Positions 58,794 to 64,000 of a stretch of 64,000 nucleotides of DNA are shown here, in pieces (position 1 is the stretch's first letter; each line of letters begins with the position of its first letter). The notes under the pieces were generated by a model, which was given only the letters and a program-made list of their open reading frames with translations, had not been told where the DNA came from and made no database searches. The stretch is taken from NCBI GenBank assembly GCA_051251855.1, contig JBPOGI010000004.1, forward strand, positions 64,001 to 128,000. Reading direction: 5' to 3'. The translations under genes were made by a program, and so were the position numbers. This stretch comes from Roseibacillus sp. (GTDB taxonomy: Bacteria > Verrucomicrobiota > Verrucomicrobiia > Verrucomicrobiales > Akkermansiaceae).

Positions 58794-61700
58794 ATGACCA
58801 AGACTCTCTTTGCACTCGCTCTCGCGTGCAGCTCCCTCGCGGCTGCACCTGACACCGTAGACCTTTCTTTCACTGACAATGCAGGGGCCTACTACGACGC
58901 TAACAGCTTCGGCGGCGTCGCTTCTTTACTCGTTCAGCCCGACGGAAAACTCCTCGTGGGTTCTAATTGGATGTCAGCCCAAAGTGGAGCCATCTTTCCT
59001 CCTCTCATTCGCTTCAATCTGGATGGCACCGTTGACGAAGATTTCTCCGCCGACAATGTTCCTGAAGGTTCTGGGGCCGGTATCTTTTACGACAGCTCAG
59101 GACAACCCGAAGTCCACGGTCTCGCTCTCCAATCGGACGGAAAAATCATTGCGGTCGGCTGTATGCAAGGAATGCGTGATGGGGCCACGACGGGCTCCTC
59201 AACCGTCTCCCTCATCTCTAACGGAATCGTGCGTATCACTGCTGCGGGAGACCCCGACACCACCTTCCAAAGCGCAGGCATCGATACCGAGTTCATCGAT
59301 GAGGTCATCACTCTCCCCAATGACAAGATCATCATCGCAGGTGGCTTCAATGCCGTCCGGGATCAGGGAGGTTCTTTCGTTTCGCGGGTGGGAATCGCAC
59401 AGCTCAATGCTGATGGGTCTCTTGATACAGGCTTTCACCTCGACCCCGCTTCACTCGGCAGCTTTACCACAAACACGCTGTTCATTCGCCAAGTAGCCGC
59501 CGCTCCCAATGGCAAGCTCTACATAGTCGGTTCTGCTCGCCCCGCTGGAGGCACGTTCTCCGACAGCACCCCTGTCTTCGCACGCTTGAATGCAGACGGA
59601 ACTGTCGATGCCTCATTTGCTCCCGTTTATCCCTCGACGGTGACATCCTTTCAAGGAGTGGTTGTCGAGCCTTCTGGCGATATCGTCGCCTTTGGTCCCA
59701 TGGGGACGAGTGCCAGCAGCACCAGCTACATGGAACGCTTCTCCGACTCCGGCTCTCCGCAATCCTCGTTTACCTTGAGCGCCTCACTTCCGCGTATTGC
59801 AGCACGTCCGTTGCGGGTGGATCCGCTGGGTCGTTACCTCCTTTCGAAGCGGGACCTTTCGCTTGGAAATTCCGAACTGGTCCGCATCAATAGCGACGGT
59901 TCCCTTGACCCAACTTTCAACGCTTCGGGTTCTTGGGACGATGCCCCCTTGGGTCCCAACAACGCATTCTTCAACCAGTCCATCACCTCTCCTACTGGGA
60001 AAATCTATGCTGGCGGAGCCTTTGATCACGTGAAGGGCGAAGACGCGGTCAAGATCGTGGCCTTCGAGGGCGACTTCGTTCCCAATTCACCCGGAACAAT
60101 CCAGCTTGGTAGCTTCGCAGTCTCCGCCTCCGAATGTGACGGCACCCTGCGTATTCCGGTGGTCCGCATTGGCGGAGCGACCGGTGCCGCGACTATCGAT
60201 TACTCCTTCACGAACATCAATGCCTCCGCGAGTGACTACACCGCCACTCCTGGCTCACTCAGCTTTGCAAACGGAGAAGCAGGGACCAAATACATCGAAG
60301 TAACGCTCACTGCCGATACTGAGGTTGAAAACATCGAAGTCTTCACGGTCGATCTCACGAACGCAACCGGAGCCGCTCTCGGAACCCTCACCAGCGCCAA
60401 CGCGGCCATCATCGATTCCAATTCTCCTCCCCTCATCGGCACCCAGCCAGTGCCTCTCTTTGTGGCGCCCTTCCAAGCCTTTCAAATCGCGGTGGGAGTC
60501 ATCTCTGGAAAAGACCCCACCACTTATCAATGGTTCAAAGATGGCGTTGCCATTTCTGGTGCGACCTCTCCTCTCTATTTCCAGACGAACGCCAATGCGG
60601 CCCAACACGACGGCGAGTATTGTGTCGTGGTCACCAACCCGAACGGCAGCGTCACTTCGGACAAAGTCGATGTCGTGGTGAAGGAACCCGCGCGCCTCAG
60701 CTTTGCGGTTTCGTCTGTTAGCGCAGCTGAGAACGCTGGCTCTGTGACCCTGACTCTCACCAGAACCGTTTCCTCGGTGAATGCGGTTTCGGTGGGCCTC
60801 ACCCTCACGAACAACACGGCATCTTCAGCAGACTACTCCATTTCCCCCACCATCATTTCTTGGGCAGATGGCGACATTGCCGACAAGACCATCACGGTCA
60901 CCCTCGTCGACGATGGAGATATCGAACCACAGGAAACCTTCATCGCCACTCTGACCGGCTACTCTGCCGATGCTGCTCCTGGCACGACCACCTCCCTCAC
61001 CTTCACCATTCTCGATGATGACTCTCCGCTCGCCATCACCAGCCAACCCAGCTCCCAAACCTTGCAAGAAGATGAGGTCCTGACTCTTACCGTAGCGGCC
61101 ACCTCACAGACGGACTTGAGCTATCAATGGTTCCTCGATGGAGCTCCCCTCGCAGGCGAAGTGAACGCCACTCTCACCCTCGACCCCGTCGAGATAACTG
61201 GCGCTGGCACCTACACCGTGGAGGTTACCAATGCAGCGGGCACCATCACCAGCGACCCAGCCGTCATCGCTGTCACTCCCGCTCCATACCTCACCACAAC
61301 CCCTCCCCCCACTCCCGACCTGGACCTCGCGGTCTACTCCATTGCCCTCATCGACAATCAGACCGCTTGGGTTTCTGGCAACTCCTCAACCTTGGGACAA
61401 ATCATCCAAAAAGCCTCCCTCGACCCCTCGGTCTCTCCCGTGACTATCACCTTAAATAGCCAGGCCGACCAAGTGATCACCCTGCCTAATGGCGGAGTGG
61501 CAGCGCGCGGATTTTTCACCACCGTCAATGGCCAAAGCCAAAGCTATGTTGCTAAGTTCAACCCCGATGGTTCTCTGTCCAGTGGGCAAATCACAACGGG
61601 AATCACCACGCGACCAGATACCATCGCTGTCGATGAGCTGGGACGCATCCTCGTCGGCGAAGGCGGGGGTGACCTGCGCCGGTTCGACTCTTCTGGTTCC

Positions 61701-64000
61701 GTTGATATCAACTTCCCACTCGTGTCGTTCGGCAGTAATCCTCAAATCCAATCCATCACCGTCGATGGCAGCAGTATTTATGTCGGTGGTCGTTTCACCT
61801 CATCAGGAGCCGGCACTGCAGGCAATTATCTCACCAAGCTCAATCCCGATGGCACCCGGGACGAAGCCTTTGTCTACGCGAGCAACACGCGCGTTTTGGG
61901 AATCATTCCCATCTCCAGTGGACGCCTCGCCGTCCTTGCTCAGCCTGCTGTTGGCACCGTTAGCCAAACCCCTTTCCTTGTCTCGGCCAGTGGCACAGTC
62001 GAGTCCCAATTCGGATCCCTCGGAGCGCTTTCCTTTTTCGACTTTGGAATCGATGAAAATGAATTCATCTACAGCCCCCGAGTCGGCGGAAACCTCTTCA
62101 CCCGTCGCAATGACAACGGGGTCTTCGACGCCAGTTTTCCCGGCTTTGATTCCAACGTCACCACCATTGAAATCGACGGAGCAGGCCGCGTCTGGGTCGG
62201 CGGCTTGTTCTCTACTCTCGGCGGAAATCCCGTGCCCAAGCTGGTGATTCTCAATGGTGATCCCAGCGAACTGGCCATCATCGAAGAGCCCAAGCTCGCC
62301 GTCGCTGAACCAGGCCAAAGCGCAAGCTTCAGAGTGGAAGTCATTTCCTCCGGAACCATTGCCTATCAGTGGCGAAAGGACGGAGTAGACCTCACGGGCG
62401 AAACCACCGCCACACTCACCATCACCTCAGCCGCTCTTGCCGATGCTGGCCTCTACGACGTGGTCGTCACCAATACCGATACCAGCCTATCGCTCACTTC
62501 CAGCCCTGCTGAGTTGGTCATTTTGGACGCTCCTCTCATCGTTAGCTCACCCTCTTCAACCACTCAAATCATCGGCACTGACCTCACCTTAACGGCCGAC
62601 TACTACGCCCTCGCCCCAGCCACCTTCCAATGGCAAAAGGACGGAATTGACATCTCTGGTGCAACTTCTGACAGCTACGATATCACGAGTAGTCTACTAG
62701 GAGACTCCGGCAACTACACCCTTATCGTCACCAATGGACTTGGCAGCGCGACGACCACACCCGCCAATATTCAGTTCATCCCCGCCCCCGGCGAATTCGT
62801 CCCAGGCTTCGTCCCTGCTACCAGTGGCTCAGGGAGCATCAGCTCCATCGTACTCGAGAGCGGCGGCGGATCCTATCTCTATGGTAACTACTCGGCTCCT
62901 ATTCATCCGAACGGCACCTTTAACAGCTTCTTCAACCGCGTGGACACCACCGGAAGTCCACTGGCCAGCTTCACGGCGACCAGCAACCAATCGATTCAAG
63001 ACCTCGCCCGCGATTCCCAAGGACGCGTCATTCTTGTCGGCAGCAATTTTTTCCTCAATGGGAGCAGTGGCCGCCGCATCGCCCGCATTGATGCTGATGG
63101 AGTTTCGGACACCGCCTTTGACAGCAATGCCGCCTCTGCAAATTTCTCTGCGATTTACGATGTGGTGGTGGACGCCATGGACCGTCCCATTTTCACGGGA
63201 ACTAACAGCCTTTTCCGGCTCAATACCGATGGAACCCTAGACTCGACCTTCACCGCAAGCTTCAGCGGATTCTCCTCCGAAATGAAGCTCGATGCCGACG
63301 GAAAAATCCTCATCTTAACCACCAGCAACACCCTGCTACGTTACGAAAATGATGGCACCCTTGACAGCACCTTCACTTTGGATTCAGCAGTCCCCACGAG
63401 CCCATCCTTTATCACCTTCGACCTCGCCGAGGACGGCAATATTTTTCTCGCAGCCTCCTCTTCCTCCGATCGAAAAATTTACACCCTCTCCTCCAGCGGA
63501 AGTCTGGTAGCGGTTCTCAACAGCCCCGGATTCACTTCGGGATTCTTGTCTGACATCGCCGTGCAGAGCAACGGTAAGATTCTCGTTTCAGTCAGTGCGA
63601 GCCCTTACCTCGCGCGCGTCTTCCCTGATGGCTCACCCGATCCACTCTTTGACATCGGCACCGGATTCAATAGCAACGTCAATACCATCGAGCTCACCGA
63701 AGACGGCAATATTTGGGTGGGGGGAAGCTTTACCCAACTCAATGGCCAGCCCGTTCCGCTCTATGCCAAGTTCAATGGCGATCCCGTCGACGTCATCATC
63801 TCGACTCAACCGGAAAGCCTGATTGCCGACCTCGGTGCCAGCGCCTCTCTGAGCGTCGTCGCCAGTGGACTGAATGGTGCCCCCATCTCCTACCAATGGC
63901 TGAAAGATGGAAATCCTATCCCAAGCGAAACCTCAGCTACTCTCAACTTCGCCAGTCTCGCCGAGACCGACGACAGCTCCTACGAAGTCCTCATCACCAA
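58794..64000 (+). CDS. Very large secreted/surface protein with delta-60 beta-propeller repeats, Calx-beta and Ig domains (runs off the window's right edge)
   Basis: Not in ORF track (no stop in window). Translation MTKTLFALALACSSLAAAPDTVDLSF...VQPDGKLLVG; repeated RLNxDGxLDxxF; GSLSFANGEAGTK and ISWADGDIADKTI (Calx-beta); YQWxKDG...GxYxVxVTN (Ig). Confidence 0.9.
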   Translation, partial: MTKTLFALALACSSLAAAPDTVDLSFTDNAGAYYDANSFGGVASLLVQPDGKLLVGSNWMSAQSGAIFPPLIRFNLDGTVDEDFSADNVPEGSGAGIFYDSSGQPEVHGLALQSDGKIIAVGCMQGMRDGATTGSSTVSLISNGIVRITAAGDPDTTFQSAGIDTEFIDEVITLPNDKIIIAGGFNAVRDQGGSFVSRVGIAQLNADGSLDTGFHLDPASLGSFTTNTLFIRQVAAAPNGKLYIVGSARPAGGTFSDSTPVFARLNADGTVDASFAPVYPSTVTSFQGVVVEPSGDIVAFGPMGTSASSTSYMERFSDSGSPQSSFTLSASLPRIAARPLRVDPLGRYLLSKRDLSLGNSELVRINSDGSLDPTFNASGSWDDAPLGPNNAFFNQSITSPTGKIYAGGAFDHVKGEDAVKIVAFEGDFVPNSPGTIQLGSFAVSASECDGTLRIPVVRIGGATGAATIDYSFTNINASASDYTATPGSLSFANGEAGTKYIEVTLTADTEVENIEVFTVDLTNATGAALGTLTSANAAIIDSNSPPLIGTQPVPLFVAPFQAFQIAVGVISGKDPTTYQWFKDGVAISGATSPLYFQTNANAAQHDGEYCVVVTNPNGSVTSDKVDVVVKEPARLSFAVSSVSAAENAGSVTLTLTRTVSSVNAVSVGLTLTNNTASSADYSISPTIISWADGDIADKTITVTLVDDGDIEPQETFIATLTGYSADAAPGTTTSLTFTILDDDSPLAITSQPSSQTLQEDEVLTLTVAATSQTDLSYQWFLDGAPLAGEVNATLTLDPVEITGAGTYTVEVTNAAGTITSDPAVIAVTPAPYLTTTPPPTPDLDLAVYSIALIDNQTAWVSGNSSTLGQIIQKASLDPSVSPVTITLNSQADQVITLPNGGVAARGFFTTVNGQSQSYVAKFNPDGSLSSGQITTGITTRPDTIAVDELGRILVGEGGGDLRRFDSSGSVDINFPLVSFGSNPQIQSITVDGSSIYVGGRFTSSGAGTAGNYLTKLNPDGTRDEAFVYASNTRVLGIIPISSGRLAVLAQPAVGTVSQTPFLVSASGTVESQFGSLGALSFFDFGIDENEFIYSPRVGGNLFTRRNDNGVFDASFPGFDSNVTTIEIDGAGRVWVGGLFSTLGGNPVPKLVILNGDPSELAIIEEPKLAVAEPGQSASFRVEVISSGTIAYQWRKDGVDLTGETTATLTITSAALADAGLYDVVVTNTDTSLSLTSSPAELVILDAPLIVSSPSSTTQIIGTDLTLTADYYALAPATFQWQKDGIDISGATSDSYDITSSLLGDSGNYTLIVTNGLGSATTTPANIQFIPAPGEFVPGFVPATSGSGSISSIVLESGGGSYLYGNYSAPIHPNGTFNSFFNRVDTTGSPLASFTATSNQSIQDLARDSQGRVILVGSNFFLNGSSGRRIARIDADGVSDTAFDSNAASANFSAIYDVVVDAMDRPIFTGTNSLFRLNTDGTLDSTFTASFSGFSSEMKLDADGKILILTTSNTLLRYENDGTLDSTFTLDSAVPTSPSFITFDLAEDGNIFLAASSSSDRKIYTLSSSGSLVAVLNSPGFTSGFLSDIAVQSNGKILVSVSASPYLARVFPDGSPDPLFDIGTGFNSNVNTIELTEDGNIWVGGSFTQLNGQPVPLYAKFNGDPVDVIISTQPESLIADLGASASLSVVASGLNGAPISYQWLKDGNPIPSETSATLNFASLAETDDSSYEVLIT

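Overview
Bacterial window that looks like Verrucomicrobiota (PVC superphylum, possibly a marine Roseibacillus/Rubritalea-type organism). This is inferred from the gene repertoire: PSCyt/PSD1 cytochrome, DUF1501, PVC heme-binding dehydrogenase, sulfatases, DUF1080, SHD1 proteins and a delta-60/Calx-beta/Ig surface protein. About 45 CDSs are supported, including three missed by the ORF track: a Ser/Thr kinase at the left edge, a 50-aa membrane protein, and a >1700-aa surface protein at the right edge. The main accessory region is a ~10.8 kb defence island (class III Fic - hsdM - hsdS - AAA ATPase - RloB - orphan HigA-like - class II SoFic-like Fic - hsdR) bounded by two identical 63-bp REP-doublet direct repeats. 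It sits at the end of a gene/REP/gene/REP array that also contains a tandem pair of secreted retropepsin-like proteases. Other notable items are a candidate ~170-nt structured ncRNA at 16.5-16.7 kb, a sulfatase-SGNH esterase fusion, a diheme/FG-GAP/CBM6 giant protein, and a ferric-reductase-Rieske membrane redox cluster. No rRNA, tRNA, CRISPR array, transposase or integrase was recognised. All family assignments come from motif recognition by eye; no database searches were run.
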